NCBI GenBank assembly: GCA_007693605.1
Contig: REDG01000029.1
Coordinates: 1 to 50,790 of the forward strand
Source: Bradymonadales bacterium
GTDB lineage: Bacteria > Bdellovibrionota > UBA2394
Direction of reading: 5' to 3'
Length of the DNA stretch: 50,790 nt
Shown here: piece by piece, positions 25,040 through 35,173 of the stretch
Layout of the letters: the number at the start of each line of letters is the position of its first letter
Position numbering within the stretch: the first letter of the stretch is position 1
Notes under the pieces: model-generated
What the model was told of the DNA's origin: nothing
Seen by the model: only the letters and a program-made list of their open reading frames with translations
Database searches by the model: none
Translations under genes and position numbers: made by a program

Positions 25040-25525
25040 GTGTTTGGACAGCCAAAGATTTCAAAACAAATTGTTGATAGTCTCGATCTCAAAGAGAGAA
25101 TCATCAATATCGCACGAGTGGCCAAAGTCGTCACGGGTGGGCGCCGATTTAGTTTTAGTGCGCTTGTAGCCGTAGGAGATGAAAAGGGCTTTGTCGGGGT
25201 GGGTCTCGGAAAAGCCAACGAAGTGCCCGAGGCGATCAAGAAGGCAACTGAAGCTGCGAAGAAATCATTGATTCGGGTCTCATTAACCGGAAACACGGTC
25301 CCTCACGAAGTCACCGGTTTTTACTGTGCTGGCAAAGTACTTTTGAAGCCGGCCAGTGAGGGAACAGGAGTTATTGCCGGAGGCGCAACGCGACTGATTC
25401 TAGAGTTGGCAGGAGTTAAAGATGTTTTGTCAAAGAGCTTGGGAACTAACAATCCCCACAATTTGTCGAAAGCCACAATGATGGCGCTAGCAGAGCTAAA
25501 GGCCTTGGGTGAGGACGCGGCGTAG
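25040..25525 (+). CDS. rpsE: 30S ribosomal protein S5
   Basis: [22 protein letters not shown]. Confidence 0.98.
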   Translation: MFGQPKISKQIVDSLDLKERIINIARVAKVVTGGRRFSFSALVAVGDEKGFVGVGLGKANEVPEAIKKATEAAKKSLIRVSLTGNTVPHEVTGFYCAGKVLLKPASEGTGVIAGGATRLILELAGVKDVLSKSLGTNNPHNLSKATMMALAELKALGEDAA

Positions 25526-25585
25526 GAGTTAAAGTAGATTGGGCTTGGTGGCTCTGATGATTCACCGGCCAAAGGAGTAGTAGAG

Positions 25586-25837
25586 ATGGGATCGAAATCG
25601 TTGAAAATTGTTCAGACGAAAAGCAAGTCTAAGCTCAACCCCAAACAAAGGCAGAGCCTGCGGGCTATTGGTCTTCGGGGGATCAGTTCGGTCGCGTATC
25701 GCACAGACTTGAGAGCGATGAGAGGGCTGCTCAATCGTCTTCAACATATTGTGCATGCTGAGCAAGTGGACGGCCCTGTAGAGCAAGCGAAGACAAAGTC
25801 TGATCGTCGGGGCGTGCGAGTAAGGAGTAAAAAATAA
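25586..25837 (+). CDS. rpmD: 50S ribosomal protein L30 (divergent, C-terminal extension)
   Basis: LKIVQTKS..LRAIGLR..RGLL; lies between rpsE and rplO. Confidence 0.88.
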   Translation: MGSKSLKIVQTKSKSKLNPKQRQSLRAIGLRGISSVAYRTDLRAMRGLLNRLQHIVHAEQVDGPVEQAKTKSDRRGVRVRSKK

Positions 25838-26316
25838 TGTCACTTTTATCTTCTCTTAAACCCAATAAAGGGGCGAGATCGGCAAGAAAGAGAAAGGGCC
25901 GTGGTGAGAGTTCAGGGCTTGGAAAGACCGCTGGTCGTGGTCACAAGGGTCAAAAGGCGAGAAGCTCTGCAGGTATCCCGATTGGTTTTGAAGGCGGGCA
26001 AATGCCCCTCCATCGACGATCTCCGAAGTGGGGCTTCAACCAAAGATTTCGAAAGCTTCATTGGATTGTCAATTTGAAGGATATCGAGACGAAATTCAAA
26101 TCGGGAGAAGAAGTCAGCCCCGAGACTCTAAAGGCTAAGTCTTTGGTAAGAAACTTCACGCGACCCATTAAGATTTTGGGTACAGGGGCTATCAAATCTA
26201 GTTTTAGATTTTCTGCCCATGCCTATTCTAAGGCGGCCCTAGAAAATATTAAAGCTGCCAAGGGGGAAGCCACTGTGCTTGCTTGGAAAGAGAAGAAGTC
26301 AACACGGCTCAAGTAA
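25837..26316 (+). CDS. rplO: 50S ribosomal protein L15
   Basis: GKTAGRGHKGQ, GFEGGQMPL. Confidence 0.99.
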   Translation: MSLLSSLKPNKGARSARKRKGRGESSGLGKTAGRGHKGQKARSSAGIPIGFEGGQMPLHRRSPKWGFNQRFRKLHWIVNLKDIETKFKSGEEVSPETLKAKSLVRNFTRPIKILGTGAIKSSFRFSAHAYSKAALENIKAAKGEATVLAWKEKKSTRLK

Positions 26317-26341
26317 AGCGAGAAGGACGGGGTAAGAGAAT

Positions 26342-27661
26342 TTGAAGAATCAGTTTGTGAGCACGGCGAGAGGGTCTGAACTGGCAAGAAAACTTTGGAT
26401 TACGATCGCCCTTTTGGCTGTCTATCGTATGGGGGTGTTTGTTCCCACACCGGGAGTCAATGCTGCAGCTCTTGGTCAACTAATCACTGAAGGCGCAAAT
26501 ATTTTTGGTTTTTTCAATACTTTCACGGGTGGCGCTCTTGAGAGATTTTCAGTCTTTGCCCTTGGCATCATGCCTTACATCAGTAGTTCGATCATTTTTA
26601 GTCTTTTGACGGCCGTGAATGAAAATCTTTCTCGTCTGCAAAAAGAGGGCGGAGATCTAGGTCGAAAGAAAATCAATCAATACACTCGATATGGCACGGT
26701 TTTGATTGCCATTGTTCAGGGGTTTGGGATTGCAAGCTGGTTGCAAAGCGATCCGGGTGGGATGCAGATTGTCGAGAACCCTGGTGTAGGATTTGTCGCG
26801 ATGACGGTCGTGACCCTGACGGCAGGCACCGTTTTCATTATGTGGTTGGGCGAACAAATCACTCAGAGGGGAATTGGAAATGGCACTTCGCTCATTATCT
26901 TCGCGAGTATTGTCGCGAGCTTTCCGGCGGCAGTGGGCTTTCTGTGGGAGCAGGTTCAGCTGGGCGAGCTAAGATTGGAAGGCTTCTTCACGCTTGCGGT
27001 TGTCGCAATCGGAATGATGGCATTTATCGTATTTATGGAGAGGGCCCAGAGAAGGATTCCCATTCATCACGCAAAAAAGGTCGTTGGAAGGAAGATGTTT
27101 GGAGCATCCATGCAGTTCTTGCCCCTAAAGATCAATATGGCAGGGGTCATTCCGCCGATATTTGCCATGTCTATTTTGCTTTTTCCAGGGACTTTGGCTC
27201 ACTTTTTTGGAGAAAGATTTCCGCAATTCGCCAACGCTTCCGAGTGGTTTCAGCCCGGCACCTGGATTTACAACAGCTTGTACGCCGCTGGGATTATATT
27301 CTTCTGTTATTTTTATACCGCAATCACATTCAACCCTGACGATCTAGCTGACAATGTGAAGAAGTCTGGTGGTTTTGTGCCCGGCATTCGACCGGGAAAG
27401 AACACTTCAGAGTTTATAGATCGCGTGATTACTCGATTGACGACGGCTGGAGCTGTCTACATCACTCTCGTGTGTATTGCCCCCTTTCTGTTCTTTGACA
27501 ACTTTCAGATCTTTTTGGGCGGAACATCCATTTTGATTGTGGTGGGCGTATCTTTGAATTTCATTGAGCAGATTCAGTCTCATTTGATGGCTCAGCGATA
27601 TGAGGGCTTTTTGGGGGCAAGTCGTCCTAAGAGGTTCAGCCGAGCTGGTCGGAGAGGCTAA
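26342..27661 (+). CDS. secY: Preprotein translocase subunit SecY
   Basis: FALGIMPYISSSII, GIGNGTSLII, PGIRPG; about 10 TM segments. Confidence 0.99.
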   Translation: MKNQFVSTARGSELARKLWITIALLAVYRMGVFVPTPGVNAAALGQLITEGANIFGFFNTFTGGALERFSVFALGIMPYISSSIIFSLLTAVNENLSRLQKEGGDLGRKKINQYTRYGTVLIAIVQGFGIASWLQSDPGGMQIVENPGVGFVAMTVVTLTAGTVFIMWLGEQITQRGIGNGTSLIIFASIVASFPAAVGFLWEQVQLGELRLEGFFTLAVVAIGMMAFIVFMERAQRRIPIHHAKKVVGRKMFGASMQFLPLKINMAGVIPPIFAMSILLFPGTLAHFFGERFPQFANASEWFQPGTWIYNSLYAAGIIFFCYFYTAITFNPDDLADNVKKSGGFVPGIRPGKNTSEFIDRVITRLTTAGAVYITLVCIAPFLFFDNFQIFLGGTSILIVVGVSLNFIEQIQSHLMAQRYEGFLGASRPKRFSRAGRRG

Positions 27662-27664
27662 AGG

Positions 27665-28312
27665 ATGTCTCGTCGGATTTGTATCTTGATGGGGGCGCCA
27701 GGTAGCGGAAAGGGCACCCAGGCCAAGAGGTTGTCTAAGATCTGGTCGGTACCCCATATTTCAACCGGCGATATGTTGCGAGCCGAGATCGCCAAAGTAA
27801 GCCCGGTCGGGCAGAAGGTGAAGGCCGTGATGGACTCAGGTCAGCTGATCGGAGATCAGTTGATGACGGAGGTCCTAAGGGAGCGACTGAGTCAGCCCGA
27901 CACCCAAAATGGCTTTGTTCTTGATGGCTATCCCAGAACGGTCGCCCAAGGCGACCTGCTGATGGAGATCTTGGGCTCCTTGTCGATGACCCAGCCAAAG
28001 GTGGTGCTATTGGAGTTAGAGGAAGAGCAGCTTGTGAAAAGGCTTACGGGGCGGCTCACCTGTCAGGACTGTGGGGCCATCTTGCACCGAGACCTGACGC
28101 CCTCGGAGGGCCCTTGTCCGCAATGCGGGGGGAAGAATCTCATCGCTAGGGATGACGATGACGAAGAGACCGTGGTCAAACGGCTGAAGGTCTATGAGAC
28201 CGAGACGGCGCCTCTGATCCAGTATTTTGAGGGTCAGGTGGAGATGCTTCGCTTCAAGGCCAATCAGGCTGTTGAGGCCCTAACCGATCAGATTGTGGCA
28301 GCTTTTGGTTGA
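27665..28312 (+). CDS. adk: Adenylate kinase (zinc-lid type)
   Basis: GAPGSGKGTQ, DGYPRT, CQDC..CPQC lid. Confidence 0.98.
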   Translation: MSRRICILMGAPGSGKGTQAKRLSKIWSVPHISTGDMLRAEIAKVSPVGQKVKAVMDSGQLIGDQLMTEVLRERLSQPDTQNGFVLDGYPRTVAQGDLLMEILGSLSMTQPKVVLLELEEEQLVKRLTGRLTCQDCGAILHRDLTPSEGPCPQCGGKNLIARDDDDEETVVKRLKVYETETAPLIQYFEGQVEMLRFKANQAVEALTDQIVAAFG

Positions 28313-28405
28313 GCTCAGGGTGGGATTCCGGCTAAGAGAGAGTTTGTCTTTAGTCAAGAAAAGTCTTGGCTGCTTGAACAGAAAATAGGGCTCAGAGGTT
28401 TAGTT

Positions 28406-28519
28406 ATGAAAGTAAGAGTTTCAGTGAAGAAAATGTGTGAAAAGTGCAAGCTCATCAGGCGTTCTGGTGTGATTCGAGTAATCTGCGAGAATCCGCGACA
28501 CAAACAGCGCCAAGGTTAG
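28406..28519 (+). CDS. rpmJ: 50S ribosomal protein L36
   Basis: Manual translation [37 protein letters not shown] (too short for the ORF track). Confidence 0.98.
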   Translation: MKVRVSVKKMCEKCKLIRRSGVIRVICENPRHKQRQG

Positions 28520-28542
28520 AACTTTGAAGGAGTGAATTTAGA

Positions 28543-28920
28543 ATGGCTCGAATTGCAGGAGTAGATCTTCCGAAAAACAAACGGATCGTAACCGCTTTGA
28601 CCTACATCTTTGGTGTGGGAGATACGACCGCCAAAAAGATCTGTGAGGATCTCAAGATTGATCAGTCGACCAAAGCTGGAAATCTACCAGACTCAGAGAT
28701 CAACGATATCCGGGAGTACATTGAAAAGAATTTTGCTGTTGAAGGCGATCTTCGCAGAAAAGTGAGTTTGAGCATCAAGCGACTGATGGACTTAAATGCC
28801 TATCGTGGATTGCGCCATCGAAGAGGTCTTCCTGTGCGAGGACAACGAACAAGCACCAACGCTCGCACGAGAAAAGGGCCTCGCCGTCTGGCTGTCGCTC
28901 AAGTGAAGAAAGTTTCGTAA
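28543..28920 (+). CDS. rpsM: 30S ribosomal protein S13
   Basis: [29 protein letters not shown]. Confidence 0.99.
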   Translation: MARIAGVDLPKNKRIVTALTYIFGVGDTTAKKICEDLKIDQSTKAGNLPDSEINDIREYIEKNFAVEGDLRRKVSLSIKRLMDLNAYRGLRHRRGLPVRGQRTSTNARTRKGPRRLAVAQVKKVS

Positions 28921-28932
28921 GGAGAGAATTTT

Positions 28933-29361
28933 ATGGCAGAAGCATCCACAACGACAACGGGAACCACAGCCACTCAAACAGCGGCTCCAAAGCGAAAGAA
29001 GAAGGATCGAAAGAATGTGCCGGTGGCCGTTGTTCATATCGACGCTTCCTTCAATAACACCATCATCACTTTCTCAGACGCTAAAGGGAATACGCTGTGC
29101 TGGAGTTCTTGTGGGGCCCAAGGCTTTAAGGGCTCGAGAAAGAGCACACCATTTGCAGCTCAGGTCGCAGCAGAGGATGCTGCCCGCAAGGCGATGGATC
29201 ACGGAGTGAGAACGGTGAATGTCTTGGTTCAGGGTCCGGGAACCGGTCGTGAGTCGGCGATTCGTGCGATTCACCAGGTGGGAATTCGAGTGACTCATAT
29301 TCAAGATGTGACACCTATTCCGCATAACGGCTGCCGCCCCTCAAAGAAGCGGCGAGTATAA
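28933..29361 (+). CDS. rpsK: 30S ribosomal protein S11
   Basis: [25 protein letters not shown]. Confidence 0.99.
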   Translation: MAEASTTTTGTTATQTAAPKRKKKDRKNVPVAVVHIDASFNNTIITFSDAKGNTLCWSSCGAQGFKGSRKSTPFAAQVAAEDAARKAMDHGVRTVNVLVQGPGTGRESAIRAIHQVGIRVTHIQDVTPIPHNGCRPSKKRRV

Positions 29362-29439
29362 ATTTTTTGTGCAACTTTGCTTGAGAGCGAAGTGAGCTGA
29401 TTGAAACTGAATAGGTAAGAAAAAATAAGGAGAGAGACT

Positions 29440-30543
29440 GTGTCGTTAAGAGATGTTGTTTATAAAAACTGGAGAGATCTCATCAAGCCAAGGCGAGTGG
29501 ATGTTGATCCAACGACCATAGGAGACACTTACGGCAAGTTTGTCGCAAAGCCACTGGAGCGAGGCTTCGGAATCACTCTGGGAAATGCTTTGAGAAGAAT
29601 TCTTCTCTCTTCTATTCAGGGAGCGGCTGTCACCGGACTTAAGATTCAAGGAATCCTTCATGAGTTCTCACCGATCAAAGGCGCACTCGAGGATGTGGGT
29701 GATGTGATTTTGAATTTGAAGGGCCTTCGGCTTCGAATGGACTCTCACTCGGTTAAGGTGCTTCGCTTGAAGGCGTCAGGAGCTGGAGAGGTTTTAGCGG
29801 AGCAGATTGAAACGGGTGCGGGCGTTGAAGTTTTGAATCCCAAGCATCGAATTTGCAGTCTGGGAGAGGGCGGATCTGTCGATATGGAAATCCAGGTCAG
29901 AATGGGCCGAGGTTATGCCGCCGCCGAGACCTTTGAGAAGGAGAACAAAGAGGCGGGTTTCATTCCCGTAGACGCATTTTTCTCTCCCGTCAGACGGGTC
30001 ACCTACTTTGTGACAAACGCTCGAGTGGGGCAACGCACGGATTATGATCGCTTAACCATGGAGGTGACGACAGATGGCAGCGTGACCCCTCAAGATGCCC
30101 TCGCCTTTGCTGCGAAGATTTTAAAAGATCAAGTGTCTATCTTTATCAACTTTAATGAGGCCGAAGAGCCCGAAGTGGTTGAAGAGAGAGACGAGGGAAC
30201 ACCCCGCTTCAATGACAATCTGAACCGTCGCGTGGATGAGTTGGAGTTGAGTGTGAGAAGCGCAAACTGTCTAGCCAACGCCAACATTCGCTATATCGGT
30301 GAGCTCGTTCAGAAGACCGAGGCGGAAATCTTGAAGACGAAAAACTTCGGAAGAAAATCCTTGAATGAAATCAAAGAGATTTTAGCAGAGATGGGATTGT
30401 CTCTGGGCATGAAGCTTGACGGCTGGGTGCACCCAGACCAGATCGCTGCCATGGCAACGCCAGAGGAAGAGGAAGAGGACAAAGACTATCAAACCTCAGC
30501 CAGCGACTTTGCCACCGACATTGATGATGAAGATCAGGCATAA
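29440..30543 (+). CDS. rpoA: DNA-directed RNA polymerase subunit alpha
   Basis: [41 protein letters not shown]. Confidence 0.99.
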   Translation: MSLRDVVYKNWRDLIKPRRVDVDPTTIGDTYGKFVAKPLERGFGITLGNALRRILLSSIQGAAVTGLKIQGILHEFSPIKGALEDVGDVILNLKGLRLRMDSHSVKVLRLKASGAGEVLAEQIETGAGVEVLNPKHRICSLGEGGSVDMEIQVRMGRGYAAAETFEKENKEAGFIPVDAFFSPVRRVTYFVTNARVGQRTDYDRLTMEVTTDGSVTPQDALAFAAKILKDQVSIFINFNEAEEPEVVEERDEGTPRFNDNLNRRVDELELSVRSANCLANANIRYIGELVQKTEAEILKTKNFGRKSLNEIKEILAEMGLSLGMKLDGWVHPDQIAAMATPEEEEEDKDYQTSASDFATDIDDEDQA

Positions 30544-30557
30544 CAAGGGGTAAAAAG

Positions 30558-31073
30558 ATGCAACACTCAAAGACATATCGAAAGCTTAGCCGCCAGCGCC
30601 ACCATTACCGCGCCCTCATGAGAAATTTGGCTTTCTCACTGTTTCAGCATGAGCGGATTAAGACCACTATGCCGAAGGCAAAGGAAGCAAGGCGCTTCGC
30701 TGAGAAGATTATCACGCTCGGAAAGAAGGGGAGTCTACACGACCGTCGTCGCGCGATGGCCTTGATGGGAAACAAGATCATTCACCATGGCGACTCAAAG
30801 AAAGAAGATGTGATTGGCAAAGTGTTTGGGGAGTTAGCTGAGCGCTACAAGAATCGAGCAGGAGGCTACACTCGAATTATTCGGCTGCCCCGAGAGCGAG
30901 CGGGGGACGCGGCTTCGATGGTGCTTTTTGAGTTGGTAGACGCCCCCGAAGATAAACTCTTCAAAGTGCCTGGCGACGAGGCAGATTCGAAAGAAAAGCC
31001 AAAGAAGGCGGAGAAAAAATCCGTCGAGGGGAGTGAGTCTGATCAAACGGAGAAAGAAGCCAAGTCTGCATAA
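30558..31073 (+). CDS. rplQ: 50S ribosomal protein L17
   Basis: IKTTMPKAKE, RAGGYTRI; charged C-terminal tail. Confidence 0.98.
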   Translation: MQHSKTYRKLSRQRHHYRALMRNLAFSLFQHERIKTTMPKAKEARRFAEKIITLGKKGSLHDRRRAMALMGNKIIHHGDSKKEDVIGKVFGELAERYKNRAGGYTRIIRLPRERAGDAASMVLFELVDAPEDKLFKVPGDEADSKEKPKKAEKKSVEGSESDQTEKEAKSA

Positions 31074-31650
31074 GAGATGGCTGTCTTTTGTGATTCTTCC
31101 CCCCTTGATTGCGGCATGCACAAGTGATGGGCAGATCGCGAAAGAGGTGGAGCTTGTGGAGGCCACCACTTTAGCTCGAGGAGAGATTCATCCTGAGATT
31201 GGCGATCTCGTGCCGGACTTTCAGCTGAGAGATATTGAGGGGCGCCCTTTTCGACTATCAGATTTTTCCGGCCAACTCGTGTTGCTTAATTTTTGGGCTA
31301 CCTGGTGCCCTCCCTGTATCTACGAGAAGCCAAGGCTGGAGCTGTTAAACCGCCGTTTTCGTACTCGAAATTTTCAGCTCATTTCGATCTCGGTTGATGA
31401 CAGTAGTTCTGAGATTCGAGACTTTCTTGATCGGCTGAATCCCAAACCCAGCTCCCTGATTCTTCATGATCCAGGCCGACTGGTGACAGAGGGCTTCTAT
31501 GGCATCAGCATGTTTCCTGAAACCTATGTCATTGGCCCAGATCGTCGGCTTTTGAAAAAATTTGTTGGTCCGGTCGATTGGTCAAATCCCATTGTCGCCG
31601 AAGAAATGGAGCTCTTGTTGGCTCAGAAGGAGAGCCTTGGTAGCGATTAA
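31033..31650 (+). CDS. TlpA/ResA-family thiol-disulfide oxidoreductase, probable lipoprotein
   Basis: LLNFWATWCPPC, FPETYVI; LIAAC lipobox-like sequence; exact start uncertain. Confidence 0.9.
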   Translation: MSLIKRRKKPSLHKRWLSFVILPPLIAACTSDGQIAKEVELVEATTLARGEIHPEIGDLVPDFQLRDIEGRPFRLSDFSGQLVLLNFWATWCPPCIYEKPRLELLNRRFRTRNFQLISISVDDSSSEIRDFLDRLNPKPSSLILHDPGRLVTEGFYGISMFPETYVIGPDRRLLKKFVGPVDWSNPIVAEEMELLLAQKESLGSD

Positions 31651-31769
31651 GCCTCAATTTGAAGTTTTTTGGGGAAATTTTTTGCAGAATTTCAATCGGG
31701 CCGGAGCTAAATCTTGAGTAAAATCAAATATTTCTCTCGTCATACCGGAAAACAGATGATAGTTCTGAG

Positions 31770-32219
31770 GTGGGTGCTATGGGGAAAAAAACCTCAAGGA
31801 AGCGATCGTCTCGCAAGGTGGGGGAGTCTGGGATGACAGAATCAGTGGTGTCTGAAGATGCCGTCGAGCCAAGAATAGCCAAATCGAACCGCATTGAAAT
31901 CTGTAAGTTTGCTGGATGTTTTGATATGGCGACGGTCGGGGGCTTTTGCCGTCTTCACTACTTGGCAAGCTGGAAAAAGATGAAGTCCAAGGAGGCAAAG
32001 AAGAAGGGGAAAGACCTGAAGAGCTATCTCGCCGAGCTTTCCACTCGATTTCCAGAGGAGTTCATGGAGAAACTTAAGAGTGATATCGAGGAGCTCTCAA
32101 CAGAGGCCTCGACTACTACTAGCTCGGAATCTGAAGAGAAAAGCGCCTTTGAGCCTCCAGAGGCAGGTGACGAGGACATCGATACGATCATTCGAGGAAT
32201 CCGAGTAGAGGACTTTTAG
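31770..32219 (+). CDS. Hypothetical protein with a CxxxxC..CxxH putative zinc motif and an acidic tail
   Basis: CKFAGC...GFCRLHY; co-oriented ORF with plausible coding composition. Confidence 0.75.
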   Translation: MGAMGKKTSRKRSSRKVGESGMTESVVSEDAVEPRIAKSNRIEICKFAGCFDMATVGGFCRLHYLASWKKMKSKEAKKKGKDLKSYLAELSTRFPEEFMEKLKSDIEELSTEASTTTSSESEEKSAFEPPEAGDEDIDTIIRGIRVEDF

Positions 32220-32297
32220 GCCCTCTAGGACCCTCAAAATGCCGGACTAAAAAGCGTTTATCAATCTCATAAAGTGGTCTAAAGCTCTTTTGCCACT

Positions 32298-33050
32298 ATG
32301 TCAGAAGCAAGAGTTCATGTTTATCTCGCCCAGTTGGGCTTGGGGTCTCGACGAGAGATTGAGGATCAGATTCGTCTGGGCCGTGTGAAGGTAAATGGCA
32401 AAATTGCAAAACTAGGACAAAAGGTTGATCCTCAACAAGATCAGTTGAGCTATCGATCTCGTTTGATTCCCCCGTCGAAAGCTCGGCAAAACCTCCAACT
32501 CGTTCTCTTGCATAAGCCCAAAGGCGTGATCTCGAGCCTCAAAGATCCTCAAGGAAGGATGGGCGTTGTGGACCTCTTGCCTCGACGATTCTCTCATCTC
32601 TACCCGGTGGGTCGATTGGATCTTCAGTCGGAAGGCCTGATATTGCTCACCAACGACGGGGACTTGGCGCTTCGATTGACTCATCCTCGCTATGAGGTTC
32701 CCAAGGTCTATGAAGTGAAGTTGCGCGGAAATTTGGATCCTAAAAAGATCGAACATCTCGAAAAGGGTGTTCGGGTCGGAAATGAAAAGTGGAAAGGGGT
32801 CCGAATACTCGATCTAAAGGAAGTGACGAGATCAGGAGTTCCAAAGTTTAAATTGCAGATAGAAATTAAAGAGGGCAAGAACCGACATATTCGAAAGCTG
32901 TTCGAGGCGCTTTCCTGTCGTGTGATTGAACTAAAGAGATTGAAGGTTGGTCCGTTAAGCCTGAAAGGGATTCCAAGAGGGGGTTATAAAGTTCTCTCCG
33001 ACTCTCAACGACAGCGATTGAGACGCGACCTCGGGATGGAGGAGGCTTGA
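32298..33050 (+). CDS. RsuA/RluB-family rRNA pseudouridine synthase
   Basis: S4 domain, HKPKG, VGRLD catalytic Asp, EGKNRHIR. Confidence 0.95.
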   Translation: MSEARVHVYLAQLGLGSRREIEDQIRLGRVKVNGKIAKLGQKVDPQQDQLSYRSRLIPPSKARQNLQLVLLHKPKGVISSLKDPQGRMGVVDLLPRRFSHLYPVGRLDLQSEGLILLTNDGDLALRLTHPRYEVPKVYEVKLRGNLDPKKIEHLEKGVRVGNEKWKGVRILDLKEVTRSGVPKFKLQIEIKEGKNRHIRKLFEALSCRVIELKRLKVGPLSLKGIPRGGYKVLSDSQRQRLRRDLGMEEA

Positions 33051-34444
33051 GTCGATCGAAGATTGGTTTTGTGAGCTTGGGCTGCCCCAAAAACCTTGTG
33101 GACACAGAGGCGATGATTCAGGCGGTTTCGGCCAAGCGCTTTGTCGTCACGGGCAATCAAGATGAGGCCGATATGGTTGTGATTAACACCTGTGGCTTTT
33201 TGGACCCCGCAAAACGGGAATCTATGGATACGATTTCAGAGTTTGTAGAAAAGAAGAAGCTGGGTCGGCTGAAGGCGGTCGTGGTGGCAGGCTGCATGAC
33301 GGAGCGCTACCTAGAGCCGATGCAAAAGACCTTTCCAGAAGTCGATGCCTTCATTCGTACAGGCGACTTCTCAAAGCTTCCGGAGATTGCTGAACGACTT
33401 GAGTCACAAGAACGGCTCGATCAGCGGCTAAGCTTGATTGGGGAAGACGCTCCTCAGCTTCAAGGTCACAGCGAGCTTCCTGACTTCGTGAGCCGTGCTG
33501 GAGGTCTTAGACCCTTTGCTTATGTCAAAATATCTGAAGGCTGCAATCGTAAGTGCAGTTTCTGCATCATTCCCAAACTTCGAGGCCGACATCACTCTCG
33601 ATCTATAGACGGCATCTTGGATGAAGTTCATCAATTAGTCGGCTCTGGGGTGAGAGAGTTGATCTTGATCGCTCAAGACTTGACGAGCTACGGACGAGAT
33701 CGTCCAGAAAAACAAGGGCTCTTTGAGCTCTTATCGGAACTCGAGAAAGTAGAAGGCTTAGAGTGGTATCGCTTGATGTACAATTACCCCAAGTTTTTTC
33801 ATGATGACCTCATAGACCTTTTGTCGAATTCAGAGAAGTTCACGGGATATGTGGACATTCCCCTTCAACATATCAGCGATAGAATTCTGCGACGGATGAA
33901 CCGCCCCGAGAAGTCGCAAGAGGTGCGACGACTGATCTCTTCCCTTCGTTCGCGCATCTCGAAGCTTTCTTTAAGAACAACCTTGATGGTCGGATTTCCT
34001 GGAGAAACAGAGGCTGACTTTTTAGACCTTCTCGATTTTGTGAGAGAATCTGAGTTTGATCATTTGGGGGCCTTCACTTACTTTCCTGAGCAAGGCACGC
34101 CGAGCGCAAACTTCTCGGATCAAATCGATCAGGTGGTGAAGGAAGAACGATACGGTCGTTTGATGGAGCTTCAGCAGGGGATTCAACAGGAAAAATTGGA
34201 AGCATTTCGTGGAACGAGTTTGGATGTTCGAGTGGACAGTTTAAGCAGCGAATCAAATCGGCGTGGATTTCGCTATTTGGGGCGACACTCGGGCCAGGCG
34301 CCAGAGATTGATGGGCTTGTTTATCTGGAGTCCGCACAAGCCTTAGAGATCGGAAGCTTGGTTCGTGCGAAAGTGAAAGATATCGTTGCCCCTTACGATT
34401 TACTTGTTAAAGTTTCTCAGGCCTCGTTAAAGCTTGCTTGTTGA
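33047..34444 (+). CDS. rimO: Ribosomal protein S12 methylthiotransferase RimO
   Basis: SLGCPKNLVD, CNRKCSFC radical SAM motif, APEIDG TRAM domain. Confidence 0.96.
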   Translation: MSRSKIGFVSLGCPKNLVDTEAMIQAVSAKRFVVTGNQDEADMVVINTCGFLDPAKRESMDTISEFVEKKKLGRLKAVVVAGCMTERYLEPMQKTFPEVDAFIRTGDFSKLPEIAERLESQERLDQRLSLIGEDAPQLQGHSELPDFVSRAGGLRPFAYVKISEGCNRKCSFCIIPKLRGRHHSRSIDGILDEVHQLVGSGVRELILIAQDLTSYGRDRPEKQGLFELLSELEKVEGLEWYRLMYNYPKFFHDDLIDLLSNSEKFTGYVDIPLQHISDRILRRMNRPEKSQEVRRLISSLRSRISKLSLRTTLMVGFPGETEADFLDLLDFVRESEFDHLGAFTYFPEQGTPSANFSDQIDQVVKEERYGRLMELQQGIQQEKLEAFRGTSLDVRVDSLSSESNRRGFRYLGRHSGQAPEIDGLVYLESAQALEIGSLVRAKVKDIVAPYDLLVKVSQASLKLAC

Positions 34445-34461
34445 GGGCAAAAGGAGAACTC

Positions 34462-35112
34462 GTGTTTGGACTTGTAAGAAGGTATCTTTTGCTTGGGGTG
34501 TTCACCATCGCCCCCTTTGCCCTGACAATCTATATTGTTCTTCTTATTGGAGGCTGGTTTGACTCTCAGTTTCAGGCCTTTATTGAAATGTTTACAGAGA
34601 GATATTTTGGTGTCAGGCGGACCATCCCTGGGCTTGGGATCATCATTGGGCTGAGCATTATTTTTGTTGTTGGGGCCATCGCTCCAAGCTTTCTGGGAAA
34701 GCAGGCTCTGGCGATTTCAGAAGCGGTGATGCGCCGCATTCCTTTGGCAAAGGTCATATATTCAGCGGCTCGACAGGTTCTCGATGCGATTTCTAAACCG
34801 GGCGGGGAGAAATTCAGTCGCGTCGTGATGCTGCCATTTTTCAAGGACGGGTTGTATGTCATTGGTTTTGTAACTCAAGAGTCAAAGGCCTCTTGGGTCC
34901 CCACTCAGGGTGATCACCGTATGGCTGTTTTCGTGCCGACAACGCCGAATCCCACTTCGGGTTATCTGGTTTTCGTCGATCCCAAAGACAGTATTCCTTT
35001 GACTTTAAGCGTAGAGGAGGGTCTCAAGGTGGTGATTTCGGGGGCTCTAGCCAAACCTGACTACCTAGCCCAGGCCGAACTGAAGACCCAGTCTGAAGAA
35101 AAACCATCCTAA
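34462..35112 (+). CDS. DUF502-family membrane protein
   Basis: VFVPTTPNPTSGYL signature; N-terminal TM segments; GTG after AAGGAG (ORF is open from 34438). Confidence 0.9.
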   Translation: MFGLVRRYLLLGVFTIAPFALTIYIVLLIGGWFDSQFQAFIEMFTERYFGVRRTIPGLGIIIGLSIIFVVGAIAPSFLGKQALAISEAVMRRIPLAKVIYSAARQVLDAISKPGGEKFSRVVMLPFFKDGLYVIGFVTQESKASWVPTQGDHRMAVFVPTTPNPTSGYLVFVDPKDSIPLTLSVEEGLKVVISGALAKPDYLAQAELKTQSEEKPS

Positions 35113-35173
35113 AATCAGATCCTTATCTCTGGGGCTCCCCTTTTGACACAAAGCATCATAAAATAAGACTAGG

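Noticed and set aside
1329..30033. Numerous antisense and alternate-frame ORFs within the ribosomal superoperon
   Set aside because: Shadow ORFs of conserved genes, with no motifs or RBS.
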